64,000 nucleotides of DNA from contig NC_043015.1 of the NCBI RefSeq assembly GCF_006345805.1, forward strand, positions 46,128,001 to 46,192,000, in the 5' to 3' direction. Of this stretch, positions 49,681-63,117 are shown in pieces. This DNA comes from Octopus sinensis (lineage: Eukaryota). The position numbers were made by a program, and so were the translations under genes. How positions within the stretch are numbered: the first letter of the stretch is position 1; every line of letters starts with the position of its first letter. The notes under the pieces were generated by a model that made no database searches, was not told where the DNA came from, and worked only from the letters and a program-made list of their open reading frames with translations.

Positions 49681-49881
49681 GTAATTGGTACATTTACTAT
49701 AACTATGTTATTGTGTAAGAAATCTGCTACAGTACAGTGGAAAATCGTATGTAAAAATGGTCATCTGAAAACACACAAGTCATCTTGTTGCAACTATAAG
49801 AATAGTTTTTGTTACAAAGAACAAGAAATAAATTATTAGATGATGTGTTTTCCTTTTTATTTATATACTCTTTTTTTTTTT

Positions 49882-50083
49882 TTACTTGTTTTAGTCATTT
49901 TGACTGCGGCCATGCTGGTGCACCACCTTTATTCGAGCAACTCGACCCCGGGACTTATTCTTTTGTAAGCCCAGTACTTATTCTATCGGTCTCTTTTGCC
50001 GAACCGCTAAGTGACGGGGACATAAACACACCAGCATCGGTTGTCAAGCAATGCTAGGGGGACAAACACAGACACACACACGC

Positions 50084-50140
<57 letters not shown>

Positions 50141-50305
50141 TACGACTGGCTTCTTTCAGTTCCCGTCTACCAAATCCACTCACAAGGCTTTGGTCGGCCC
50201 GAGGCTATAGTAGAAGACACTTGCCCAAGGTGACACTCAGTGGGACTGAATCCGGAACCATGTGGTTGGTAAACAAGCTACTTACCACAAAGCCACTTCT
50301 GCGCC
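49882..50305 (-). mobile_element. composite SINE copy (further - copies at about 31944-32315, 56488-57128, 62865-63280)
   Basis: Same sequence reverse-complemented. The 56.5-57.1 kb copy is interrupted by a LINE 3'UTR fragment. Confidence 0.85.
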
Positions 50306-50926
50306 TATATATTATCTATATATATTATCAAAATATTTGCATTATGCAAAACAGGTAAAGTCACTGAAACATGTAAACCCTTAAACAGTTCATAGAAAAA
50401 TGTGGATTTGGTTACTGCTTTTAATATACCAGTTTGTCTCTTCAACTCGTATTTTGTCATTTCACATTCAATATATCATGTCCACCTTGCCCCTTATTGA
50501 AATTTCTGTTTTCTGTCTCTATGTTCCAGTACCCTATACTATTATACTTTTGCCATATACATTGTACCTTCTACTGTGTTATGTGACATGAAATTTTGTT
50601 TTGCTACTGAGAAAGACTGCAAGTCTGGAACCATCATTCATTCAGGTTTTTCCTTAGATGCTATGCTATCACTAATCTCTATCCAGTAAACCATCCTATG
50701 AACAAATGTTCTTATAAGTACACTTATAAGATTAGTTCAGTTAATGTAAATGGTAAAAAGGTAGTGTTTTCGCTGGAGTACGAAATATTTGTATCTGTGT
50801 TCTGTTAACACAAGAACATATTTTGGATTTAGATAAATTGTAAGCCAAAAAAATAATAATAATAATAATAAAAAGATGGGTTCTTATAATTCACTTGCAA
50901 AGAACATTGAAGAAATTACAGATTAA

Positions 50927-51144
50927 CCCTTTAGTGTTTAAACTGGCCATATCAGGCCAAAATTGTCTTCCTGTTATATGCTCAAACCAGCCAGCTCTGA
51001 CCTCTCACACCTACCCTACAAAGTCATTCTAAAAATAAACAGGGACATCGTCAAAATCTCAGTTACAAGATGCTGTACAATTAATTTAAAACAATGTGAT
51101 TAAACAGGCTTTACATTTGACAGAGTAATCTGAATGTTAAAGGG
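50927..51144. mobile_element. piggyBac-type MITE family B (TIR ccctttagcatt-like); other copies near 4850, 17060-17274, 22400-22796, 32392-33145, 37850-38076
   Basis: TTAA flanks, CCC/GGG ends, and a shared internal sequence (attactctgtcaaatgtaatg...gccagtttaaatgct). Confidence 0.8.
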
Positions 51145-51309
51145 TTAAAGATATTATTTGTTGAGACAAATTGGTTGTGAGGTCATGGTACCAGACAATA
51201 GACATTTCAGTTAATGAATTCAAACCTTATTACTCAAGTTATTGTGTAGTGTTCATGTGTTCATGAACACAATAACTATCATTTGCTTCACTAACACACA
51301 CAATAATTT

Positions 51310-52425
51310 TGTCATTTCACATGTTTACAAAGTCAGAAAACAACACAGCTCCCATGACTTTAGGAAACATTTTTTCACGCTAAGAGTTGCAGAAGCATGG
51401 AACAAACTGCCGGCATCAGTTGTTAGTTGTCGGAGCACTGCATCCTTCAAAACTTCCATGCTTCCTGAGATTCGCCAACACTACACCTGATTTTCTCCCC
51501 TCCATACACACGCAAGCATGTATCTGACTCATACACACACAATAATCAAGCAAAACAAGTCTACTCATACTTTACAAGAAGAGCATTCAGCTTTATAAAC
51601 ACACAACACAGTAAGAGGTACAATGTGTATGGCAAAAGTATAATGGTATAGGGTTCTGAAACACAGAGACAGAAAGCAGAAATTTCAACAAGGAGCAAGA
51701 TGGACATGATATAAATAATACTGAAATTATTGTATACAGTGCTCAGGTGCACCACAACTTGTCAAAAAGTGTGTATAAAGTATATGCAGTAATGTACAAA
51801 TGTCAGGAAAGCGAACAGTGTATGAGTCAGATACATGCTTGTGTGTGTATGGAGGGGAGAAAATCAGGTGTAGTGTTGGCGAATTTCAGGAAGCATGGAA
51901 GTTTTGAAGGATGCAGTGCTCCGACAACTAACAACTGATGCCAGCAGTCTGTTCCATGCTTCAGCAACTCTCAGCGTGAAAAAATGTTTCCGAAAGTCAT
52001 AGGAGCTGTGTTGTTTTCTGACTTTGTAAACATGTCCACGGGTGTTAGACGGGTGGAGTTTGAAAAGGTGCTCAGAGTTATTGTTAGTAAGATGGTTAAT
52101 AATTTTATGGGTGTCTGTGTATATATATATAATACTTGTCAAAAGTGCGTATAAAGTATATGCAGTAATGTACAAAATGTCTGGGAAGCGAACAGTGTAT
52201 GAGTCAGATACATGCTTGTGTGTGTATGGAGGGGAGAAAATCAGATGTAGTGTTGGCGAATCTCAGGAAGCATGGAAGTTTTGAAGGATGCACTGCTCCA
52301 ACAACTAATAACTGATGACGGCAGTCTGTTCCATGCTTCAGCAACTCTCAGCATGAAAAAATGTTTCCGAAAGTCATGGGAGCTGTGTTGTTTTCTGACT
52401 TTGTAAACATGTGAAATGACAAAAT
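51310..52425. mobile_element. cluster of CR1 3' fragments (+ 51318-51540; - 51715-52110; - 52130-52415); another at about 54480-54805 (-)
   Basis: Repeated HVYKVRKQHSSHDFRKHFFTLRVAEAWN ORFs. Confidence 0.82.
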
Positions 52426-53804
52426 ATAAGTTCAAAAGACAAACTGGCATATTAAAACCAGTAACCAAATTCATATAAGCATGGAGAAAATGGGTGTAAA
52501 ATATTCAGAGAGAGGAGCTATTTAGTCTCAGAAGCAATTCTATTTTTCTCTGCTGCCCATTGTACAGTCTTGTACATTACTTAGTGATTCTTTTGTCGTT
52601 ACTTCAACAAGTACAGTAGTATCTATACTTCACTGAGGAGGTGTAATAGAACCAAAACATGTCCAGAGGTGTCTCCCATACTTGCTGAAATAATTAAAAC
52701 AATGTCAGTCATTGATTAATTTTTGCCACATTATTACTCTCAGTTCTTTAATGCTCTTTGCAGCATTAAATATGTTAGCACCAAGTAGCTAATTTACAGT
52801 TTGAGAAAAAAAGATAAAACTGCTTTGAGAAAGAATTGAAATATTTTAGACAATGCCTATGTGAAGGAACATGGCATATTGGTTAGGGTGTTGCTTTCAC
52901 AATTTCAAAATCTTGGTTTCACTCCCCAGACCAAGTGGTGCATTATGTTGTTGAGCAAAACACCGCATGTCGCTCCAGTCCATTCAGCTATCAATGAACG
53001 ACATTTATATGCCATAGAGACTAGATGACCAGCTCTAATAGTCCCAGGACTCGATAGTAGTGTCCCAATGACTTACTTTACTTTTTATTTACCTAAAGAA
53101 TAAGTGCCAAGTAAAATCCAAAATTAAATAATTAGCAGGTGATCGGTAATTTTGGAATCCTTTCTTATTGGACACTGTCAACAGCAAAGCAGGAGTAAAA
53201 TCCGTTTCCAGTTGAACAGGACTAATGACCAATTTAATCAGTAATTCAGATTTTAATCATGTAGCTGTTGTGTCTGATAACTAATGATATTAAATCTCAT
53301 TGGAAAATAGTGTTGCAAGATTTATTATTGAAATATCTAAATTCATCATCATCGTCCGTTCTCCATGCTAGCATGGGCTGGACGGTTCGACCGGGGATCT
53401 GGGAAGCCAGAAGGCTGCACCAGGCTCCAGTCTGATCTGGCAGTGTTTCCACAGCTGGATGCCCTTCCTAACGCCAACCACTCCGTGAGTGTAGTGGGTG
53501 CTTTTTACGTGCCACCTGCACAGGTGCCAGGCGAGGCTGGCAACGGCCACGATCAGATTGGTGCATTTTATGTGCCACCGGCCACGATTCGGATGGTGCT
53601 TTTTATGTGCAACCAGCACGGAAGCCAGTCAAGGCGGTGCTGGCATCGGCCACAGAGTTTGTTATTAACATAGTTGTTAAGGTACTGGCTGAATTGTCAG
53701 TGTCTTGTATCCTATCACTAGCACAGCCTAGTGTTTCTTCTAAGTATACTAAGGTCTTGATTGAGTTCATTTCACTATAAGTAGATATAGTCCCCAAAGT
53801 CCAT

Positions 53805-54150
53805 CCCCCCCCCCACCATGGTGGGTGACGCTGGCAACGGGTAGTGTCAGAGCTATGCCGTCGGGAACTTCGGTTCCCGGTAGGGCCACCCAAGGCGGAT
53901 TGGTCTGACACCGAGTGGTATTAGGGCCAGAACCTGGCAGGCGGGGCTCTGGTGAAAATCCTCAGAGTGTCTGTTTCGGCAACCGGCGGCTCCTCGGTTG
54001 TTCTGTCCCTGCGTCTGTGGACAATCTGCGGCAAATAGAATGTCTCCACATGCGGGATTGTTGGGGACCGCTTGTGAAATCCACATATTCCCACGAAACT
54101 TCTTCCAAGGAAGAAGCCGACTCAACCCGCCCAGGGTGAATGTCGCCACA
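53805..54150. other. GC-rich, hairpin-rich insert, probably a retroelement 5' UTR fragment
   Basis: Sharp composition change from AT-rich flanks; several stem-loops including cgggaac-ttcg-gttcccg. Confidence 0.45.
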
Positions 54151-55714
54151 AGTACAAGTTAGTAAGTAGATAACCAATAAAATATACAGTTCACTAGTAT
54201 GGTCAATTGGATATGAGATTATTGTGTAATAGGAAAACACTTTGTTTACTGGTCTTGCTGAGCTCAGAATTCTTTCCCGGGCCCGAAGAAGTTTGTCAAT
54301 CGCTAAAGCAAAATATTAGAATGGCAGAATGTTAGTGATTGTTATGCTTAGTCTTGTTTTGCACTCTAAACCTTGCCAGAATCCACTTTCCATATATTCC
54401 ATTCAGTGCAGTAAACACTAATCACTTACTGAGATTATTTCAATCAACTTATGTCATTTCCCATACAAGTCTTTAATGTTAATAATAATAATAATAATGA
54501 AATTATTGTATACAATACTCAGGTGCACCACAACTTGTCAGAAAGTGCGTATAAAGTACATGCAGTAATGTCTGGAAAGCGAACAATGTATGAGTCAGAT
54601 ACATGCTTGCGTGTGTATGGAGGGGAGAAAATCAGGTGTAGTGTTGGCGAATCTCAGAAAGCATGGAAGTTTTGAAGGATGCAGTGCTCTAACAACTGAT
54701 GCCGACAGTTTGTTCCATGCTTCAGCAACTCTCAGCGTGAAAAAATGTTTCCTAAAGTCATGGGAGCTGTGCTGTTTTCTGACTTTGTAGATATGTCCAC
54801 GGGTGGAGATCATTGCTAGCATTAGGTTCTTTGTGTTGTTAGGCATATCAGAAAGTGAGCTGCCATTATGATGTGGTTGGCAGTAATATTTACAGGTTTT
54901 TGCCACGTAATACTAGTGTATAGGTCTCTGAATATGCTACATCTTGTTATTTTTGGTCCTGCTTCTCTGATGCTTACAGTTTGACACTACCCTTTGTATC
55001 GCAGTCTTTGAATGTTATTGATTTGGTAAGATCGAGTTGTGTCTATCCTAGTAGATGCGCAGGAGTGGCTGTGTGGTAAGTAGCTTGTTTACCAACCACA
55101 TGGTTCCGGGTTCAGTCCCACTGCGTGGCACCTTGGGCAAGTGTCTTCTACTATAGCCTCGGGCCGACCAAAGCCTTGTGAGTGGATTTGGTAGACGGAA
55201 ACTGAAAGAAGCCCGTCGTATATATATATATATATATATATATGCGTTTGTGTTTGTCCCCCTAGCATTGCTTGACAACCGATGCTGGTGTGTTTATGTC
55301 CCTGTTACTTAGCGGTTCGGCAAAAGAGACCGATAGAATAAGTACTGGGCTTACAAAAGAATAAGTCCCGGGGTCGAGTTGCTCGATTAAAGGCGGTGCT
55401 CCAGCATGGCCGCAGTCAAATGACTGAAACAATTACAAGAGTATATGCTATACTTTGTTGTCATAGTTTCAAAGAAAGAAAGAAAGAAAAGATGCACAAG
55501 AATAGAGTCTGCTATAAACCTTGTATTAACATCTCTGTAGCTGTGTGGTTAGAATGCTTGCTTCCCAACCACATGGTTTCAGGTTCAGTCCTGCTGCATG
55601 ACACCATGGGCAAGTGTCTTCTACTATAGTCTTGGCCAGCCAAAGCTTTGCGAGTGGATTTGGTAGGCAGAAACTGAAAGATGCCCATCATATATACATA
55701 CATACATATATATG

Positions 55715-56027
55715 ATGGCCGTCCACTCGTGACCGAGGAAGACCATTGCCGACCCTCAGGAACATTGTGCGCTCTAGGACTAACTTATATTTTGCATTTG
55801 CTGCTCCATTGGTGGCTCATGAGCCCTGCTATTGACAAGAATACACGACTGCAAACACTGCAGACCAAGCTTTCCCCATTCATTATACAAGCAGTGCACT
55901 TTCGCGCAGCTCGCTTAAGTTCTTCATGCTGGATACGTGCTCTCTCAAAAGTGTCGATTCCCTCCTTAACCTGCTTCCTCCATCTGTGGCAATGACAGGC
56001 ATTGTTCTCCCAGTCAGTGTCCTGCAT
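55715..56027 (-). mobile_element. degenerate RTE/RTE-X-like LINE C-terminus with C2H2-type zinc knuckle
   Basis: WENNA...RWRKQVKEGI..FE...EELKRAARK...CSVCSRVFLSIAGLMSH. Confidence 0.65.
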
Positions 56028-56905
56028 ATCACAGGCCTGTGACTCCCACCCACTGCTTTGACAACCAGTGTTGGTGTGTTTACATTACTATAACTTAGTT
56101 TGGGAAAAGAGACCGATGGAATAAGGTACCAGGTTTTAAAAAATAAGTTATGGCGTTGATTTATTTGATAAAAAAATTCTTCATGACTGTGTCCCAGCAT
56201 GGCCACGGTCTAATGACTGAAACAACTAAAAAATAAAAGTTATTTACTGAATAAACAAAGAACATGTTGGAAGAATTTGCAAGAGATTATAACAGACATT
56301 CTGATCACGAATAATATTTTGTTTTTCTTTACTTAAAGTTTGATGTGTGTGCATAAAGTCAGACATTTCCATAACCAGTGAAATTAGGGTGGTGGGGTCC
56401 ATGTTTGTCACCATTTGAATATCTGGTTAGATTTAAGCGGAAATCTAATTTTTCATCTTGCTGTGAAAGGAACAGCTAGTGATATGCTCTTTACTCTCTT
56501 TTACTTGTTTCAGTCATTTGACTGCGGCCATGCTGGAGCACCGCCTTTAGTCGAGCAACTAGACCCCGGGACTTATTCTTTTGTAAGCCCAGTACTTATT
56601 CTATCGGTCTCTTTTTGCCGAACCGCTAAGTGACGGGGACATAAACATACCAGCATCGGTTGTCAAGCAATGCCAGTGGGACAAACACACACGCACACAC
56701 ACACACATATATCATCATCATCATTTAGCGTCCGTTTTCCATGCTAGCATGGGTTGGACGGTTCAACTGGGGTCTGTGAAGCTGGAAGGCTTCATCAGGC
56801 CCAGTCAGATCTGGCAGTGTTTCTACAGCTGGATGCCCTTCCTAACGCCAATCACTCCGTGAGTGTAGTGGGTGCTTTTTACGTGCCACCCGCACGTATA
56901 TATAT

Positions 56906-56951
<46 letters not shown>

Positions 56952-58207
56952 TACATATATATACAATGGGCTTCTTTCAGTTTCCGTCTACCAAATCCAC
57001 TCACAAGGCTTTGGTCGGCCCGAGGCTATAGTAGAAGACACTTCTCCAAGGTGCCACGCAGTGGGACTGAACCCGGAACCATGTGGCTGGTAAGCAAGCT
57101 ACTTACCACACAGCCACTCCTGTGCCTATATATTTGGAATTCAAAAATAATTTGTTTTAGAAAATATGCTACCTGATTAAAACTGCACAGAAGCTTTAGA
57201 AGACAAGCTATTTAAACAACCCCAGTTCATGTTTGAAGTTTTCATGGTCCTGTATTCCTTATCAGGTGCAGCCTGTTTTTCCAGCTTAGGGGTTGTAAAG
57301 CTCTGCAGTCTCCTTGCTTTTTCTGGAGCTTAACCCTGTATTTGAGGTGTATGTGGCTGAGATATCACCTCTTTCTGAATGAAATGCCAATCTGTCACAG
57401 GATTAACCTCGTTAGCTAACGCTAAAGCTCATTTACAACTGAATGGACTGGAACAACATGAAATGAAATTTCTTGCTCAAGAACACAATGCAGCCCCCAA
57501 TCCAGTGTCAAGGACACATGCCTTCACTTACAGAATCTACCTGATGTATTTTTAATGGCACCAGTACTTGAGAGGCAACTCTGTGTCCTTGACACAACTA
57601 AAAGACCTTGCATCTCTGCTCACTCGCCAGCCTCTTTACAGAGTGAGAAGCATGAGTGATAGTATCATCATCATTTAACGCCCGTTCTCCATGCTAGCAT
57701 GTTTTGGACGGTTCGACCGAGGATCTGGGAAGCCAGAAGGCTGCACCAGTCTCCAGTCTGATCTGGCTGTGTTTCTACAGCTGGATGCCCTTCCTAACGC
57801 CAACCACTCCGTGAGTGTAGAGGGTGCTTTTTACGTGCCACTGGCACAGGTGCCAGGCGAGGCTGGCAATGGCCACAATCAGATTGGCGCATTTTACATG
57901 CCAGTTAAGGCGGCGCTGGCATCAGCCATGATTCACATGGTGCTTTTTACATGCCACCGGCACGGTAGCCAGTCTCGGCGGCGCTGGCATCGGCCACGTT
58001 CAGATGGTGCTTTTTACGTGCCACCGGCACAGGGATCACAACTGCAGTTTCCATTGATTTTGATGTTGGTGTACTTGACTCAATGGATCTCCTCAAGCAC
58101 AGGGTCGAAATGGTATAATGATGAGAGGGATGTATGAAAGGAGCACTCAGTATTCTGAGATGACAGATGGATGAAAGAAACTGATGTGGTCTAGGGGATA
58201 GTTTAAC

Positions 58208-58338
58208 CCTTTCGTTATTGGATAGTTTAACCCTTTCGTTATTGTATTTATTTTGGGATGTTCTGTGTTTCTTTCAATTACTTTAAATATAACAAAGAAT
58301 TTAGTAAAATATCTTAGTTATCATTCAGCTAGTGTCAC
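58208..58338. mobile_element. truncated MITE A with a tandemly duplicated left end
   Basis: gatagtttaaccctttcgttattg occurs twice; the body is cut off by a SINE tail. Confidence 0.7.
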
Positions 58339-58640
58339 GAATGACCATGGGATTGCACCCAGAAAGTTACACTCCGAAGCACAAGTCCGGGCAAAGTTGA
58401 TTGAGGAAGGCCAGCAGTCGCCCATGCGCACCAGCCTTCCCTCTCCACACCACTGATGTTACCCAAGGGAAAGGCATCGGCCGATACAGCTTGGCACCAG
58501 TGAAGCCGCAACTCATTTCTACAGCTAATTAAACTGGAGCAACGTGAAATAAAGTCTTCTTGCTCAAGAACGCAACACACAGCCCGGTCCGGGAATCGAA
58601 CTCACAACCTCACGATTGTAGGCTCTGCGCTCTAACCGCT
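58338..58640 (-). mobile_element. further tRNA-SINE family copy (related pieces at about 57420-57540, 61040-61290, 61725-61790)
   Basis: tRNA-like head (gagttcgattcccgg on the minus strand) and a shared body ttgctcaagaacacaa. Confidence 0.65.
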
Positions 58641-58827
58641 GATCCATGCGCCTTCACAAAAGAGTGAGATAAGCTAATGCTAATTTCATAATCGTAATAT
58701 TACTATACAGGCACACCATTTTATTGGTTATTGTAATATTGTAATATAGGCATCCTATCTAACTTATATTATCAAAAAAATATAACAACCATTGGGGATA
58801 TATTTAGTGATGTCTGTAATTTATGGA

Positions 58828-60332
58828 CACCTGAAGCCAGTATGCTCCGATGGATGTGTAATGTCAGTGTACATACTCGACAGAGCGTTAGCACCTTGAG
58901 AGAAATGTTGTACCTAAGAGGCATCAGTTGTGGTGTGCAAGAGAGACGATTGCGCTGGTATGGTCATGTGGCGAGAATGGATGAAGATAGGTGTGTGAGA
59001 AAGTGCCAATCCTTAGCAGTTGAGGGAACCCGTGGAAGAGGTAGACCCAGGAAAACCTGGGACGAGGTGGTGAAGCACGACCTTCGAACTTTAGGCCTCA
59101 CTGAGGAAATGACCAGCGACCGAGACCTTTGGAAATATTCTGTACGTGAGAAGACCAGGCAGGACAAGTGAGCCCAGCCCACTTATGAATGCCTTTCCTC
59201 CCTTGGACACAAAGACCTGTTGAGGCAAGCGAAGTCGATGTGGCGAGAATGGATGAAGATAGGTGTGTGAGAAAGTGCCAATCCTTAGCAGTTGAGGGAA
59301 CCCGTGGAAGAGGTAGACCCAGGAAAACCTGGGACGAGGTGGTGAAGCACGACCTTCGAACTTTAGGCCTCACTGAGGAAATGACCAGCGACCGAGACCT
59401 TTGGAAATATTCTGTACGTGAGAAGACAGGCAGGACAAGTGAGCCCAGCCCACTTATGAATGCCTTTCCTCCCTTGGACACAAAGACCTGTTGAGGCAAG
59501 CGAAGTCGATGTGGCGAGAATGGATGAAGATAGGTGTGTGAGAAAGTGCCAATCCTTAGCAGTTGAGGGAACCCGTGGAAGAGGTAGACCCAGGAAAACC
59601 TGGGACGAGGTGGTGAAGCACGACCTTCGAACTTTAGGCCTCACTGAGGAAATGACCAGCGACCGAGACCTTTGGAAATATTCTGTACGTGAGAAGACCA
59701 GGCAGGACAAGTGAGCCCAGCCCACTTATGAATGCCTTTCCTCCCTTGGACACAAAGTCCTGTTGAGGCAAGCGAAGTCGATATAGAACCTCATCCGACG
59801 ACAGGCACCCATGCCAACCCCCCTTGCTTGCGAAGACATGTGGGGCAAGCGAAATCGAAATCGAAGTCAAAATCGAATTGAACCAGCCAGGATCCCTGGT
59901 CTGGTGGTACGTAAAAAGCACTATCCGACTCGTGGCCGATGCCAGCGCCGCCTCCACTGGCTTCTGTGCCGGTGGCACGTAAAATACACCAATCTGACCG
60001 TACGACAGGCACCCATGCCAACCCCCTTGCTTGCGAAGACATGTTGGGGCAAGCGAAATCGAATTGAACCAGCCAGGTTCCCTGGTCTGGTGGTACGTAA
60101 AAAGCACTATCCGACTCGTGGCCGATGCCAGCGCCGCCTCCACTGGCTTCTGTGCCGGTGGCACGTAAAATACACCAATCTGACCGTACAACAGGCACCA
60201 ATGCCAACCACCTTGCTTGCGAAGACATGTTGGGGCAAGCGAAATCGAAATCGAATTGAACCAGCCAGGATCCCTGGTCTGGTGGTACGTAAAAAGCACC
60301 ATCCGACTCGTGGCCGATGCCAGCACCGCCTC
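58828..60332 (+). mobile_element. RTE-clade LINE 3' region with a triplicated 271-272-bp ORF end and a triplicated 3'UTR unit of about 177 bp
   Basis: LRWMCNV...RRLRWYGHVARM...GTRGRGRPRKTW; unit starts at 58966, 59238 and 59509; the unique UTR resumes at 59781. Confidence 0.88.
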
Positions 60333-63080
60333 GTCTGAAAGAAGCCTGTCGTATATATGTATATATATATGTGCGTGTGTGTTTGTGTTTGTCCCCCTAA
60401 CATTGCTTGACAACCGATACTGGTGTGTTTAGGTCCCCGTCACTTAGCGGTTCGGCAAAAGAGACCGATAGAATAAGAACTGGACTTACAAAGAATGAGT
60501 CCCGGGGTCGATTTGCTCGACTAAAGGCAGTGCTCCAGCATGGCCGCAGTCAAATGACTGAAACAAGTAAAAGTGTAAAAGTGACATATATTTGCCATTT
60601 AAATATGGTTAACCCCTAAGGGTGGATGCTACTGTAGTTTGTAGCTCCAGGAGGACACCTCTTCCAGCTGGCTATAGACACACTTTCTGTGCCCTATCAG
60701 TATTTGCAAAGGGAAGCCATCCTTCCCGTCTTCAACTTATGATACACACGGACTCTAGTTTCTGGGTATTGACCCATCATCGGCGTGTGACAATCACAGT
60801 TGTCGATGAAAAGTAGGTTCCCTTCGCAAACACATATACCTTTTTCCAGTATCGATTGACACTGATATCGAAAAAGTGTAATCAAGCAATAATAAATCTC
60901 AGATAGGCAGGATATTTGATGCTGTTTTTATGACTGGATGCCCTTCCTGGTGCCGACCCTTTTAGTCACCTCTTATTACACGGAGAAACGATTTACCTGT
61001 TCTAAAAACGTGATATACAGGATAAAATGGTAAAGACTTCCTTCGGTCATGAATGGCCATGGGATTGCACCTAGAAAGTTCCCTTCTGAAGGCACAAGTC
61101 CAGTCAAGGTTGTTTATGGAGGACCAGCAGTCACCCATGCATACCAGCCTCCCCTCTATGCCACCAATGTTGTCCTAGGGAAAGGCAAAGGCTGAAAAGC
61201 TTGGCACCAGTGACATCGCAACTCATTTGTACATGTGAGTGAAGATGGAGCAACATGAAATAAAGTGTCTTGCTCAAGAACACAATACACAGACTATCCA
61301 GAAGTATCCATGTGGCTGTGTGTTAAGAAGCTTGCTTCCCAATCACATGGTTCTGGGTTCAGTCTCACAGAGTGGTACTTCGGGCAAATGTCTTCTTCTG
61401 TAGCCTCAGGCCGACCAAAGCCTTGTGAATGTATTTGGTAGATGGAAACTGAAAGAAGCCCATCTTATATACGTACATATCTATGCATGTGTATCTTTGT
61501 GTCTGTGCTTCTCTCCCCACCTACAGCTTGACAGCTGGTGTTAGTGTGTTTACGTTCCAGTAACTTAGCAGTTCAAAGAAAGAAACTGCTAAAATAGATA
61601 CCAGGCTTAAGAAAAGGTCCTGGTCTCGATTTGCTCGACTAAAACTCTTTAAGGCGGTACCCCAGCATGGCCGCAGTTAAATGATTGAAATAAGTAAAAG
61701 AAATAAAAGAAAAGAAAGACTAGTCCAGGAATGGAACTCACTACCTCATGATTGTGAGCCTGATGCCCTAACCACTGAGCCATGTGTCTTCGTGAATGTA
61801 CATTATATATACACTTTTTAGTAGTTTCAGTGATTGCTTGGTAGCAATATCAGATCATCATCATCGTTTAACGTCCGCTTTCCATGCTAGCATGGGTTGG
61901 ACGGTTCGACCAGGGTCTGGGAAGCCAGAAGGCTGCACCAGGCTCCAGTCTGATCTGGCAGTGTTTCTACTGCTTGATGCCCTTCCTAATGCGAACCACT
62001 CCGTGAGTGTAGTGGGTGCTTTTTACGTGCCACCGGCAGTTACATATTAATCTTTACTGAATCACTAAATCATGTTTTTGATATAAATGGTCACAGTTCA
62101 GTACACATGAGCACAGACACTGATACATAGATACAACTTAATCTGTAGCATGGTTTAACATCTTGAGAACCTTTTAACAATGTCCATTCTGTGGCAAGCT
62201 TCCAAGCCAAATCTCCAGTTTGTAGGTAACTTTCTCCAACCTCCAGCAATTCTCAGACGGCCCTGCAAAGTGCCACAGGTACTGCTTTCCCTCCAGAATA
62301 GAAAAATCGCACACACACACACACACATACACAGATCAAACGATCAAATTCCAGTGGATTGAGGGACAAAATATTTATTCCATATGTTGATAGGTGTTCT
62401 GTAATCTGTATCCAATTAAATCATCAGCACAAAAGAATCCAACACACTTTGCTGTTGGTGATGTAACTGGACTCAGATTATGAAACAGCTGTCGATATAT
62501 GGGATAAATATTTTATCTCCCACTTCTCTGAAATTTAATTAATTAATTAATTTTTATATACTCTCCATTACTGTCATCTTGATAGGCATACACCCTGTGG
62601 AGAGCTTGCCATGAGTTATATTTGATCCTTTGAATCCTTATTCCTGCTCTATGTGTATTTGTGTGTGTATATTATAGGATTCCATGCAGTTTCCATTTAT
62701 TAAATTCCCCTCAAATCATCGGTCAGTTCTAGCTACTGTAGAAGTATCTAAGGTGGTGTACAGAGGAATCCCCCACAGCCAGACATGTTTTTGCAGAATA
62801 CTGGAAATGACTGATACTGCTTGTATGATAGTGACACTCATTTACAACTCTCTCTCTCTCTCTCTCTCTTTTACGCTTTTACTTGTTTCAGTCATTTGAC
62901 TGCGGCCATGCTGGAGCACCGCCTTTAGTCGAGCAAATCGACCCCAGGACTTATTCTTTGTAAGCCCAGTAATTATTCTATCGGTCTCTTTTGCCGAACC
63001 GCTAAGTGACGGGGACGTAAACACACCAGCATCGGTTGTCAAGCAATGCTAGAGGGACAAACACTGACACACAAACATAT

Positions 63081-63117
<37 letters not shown>

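Noticed and set aside
52450-54302. Exon-like minus-strand pieces at 54250-54302, near 52685, 57170-57330 and near 62525
   Set aside because: Acceptor-like motifs exist, but the frames hit stops quickly and yield no recognisable or mutually consistent protein.
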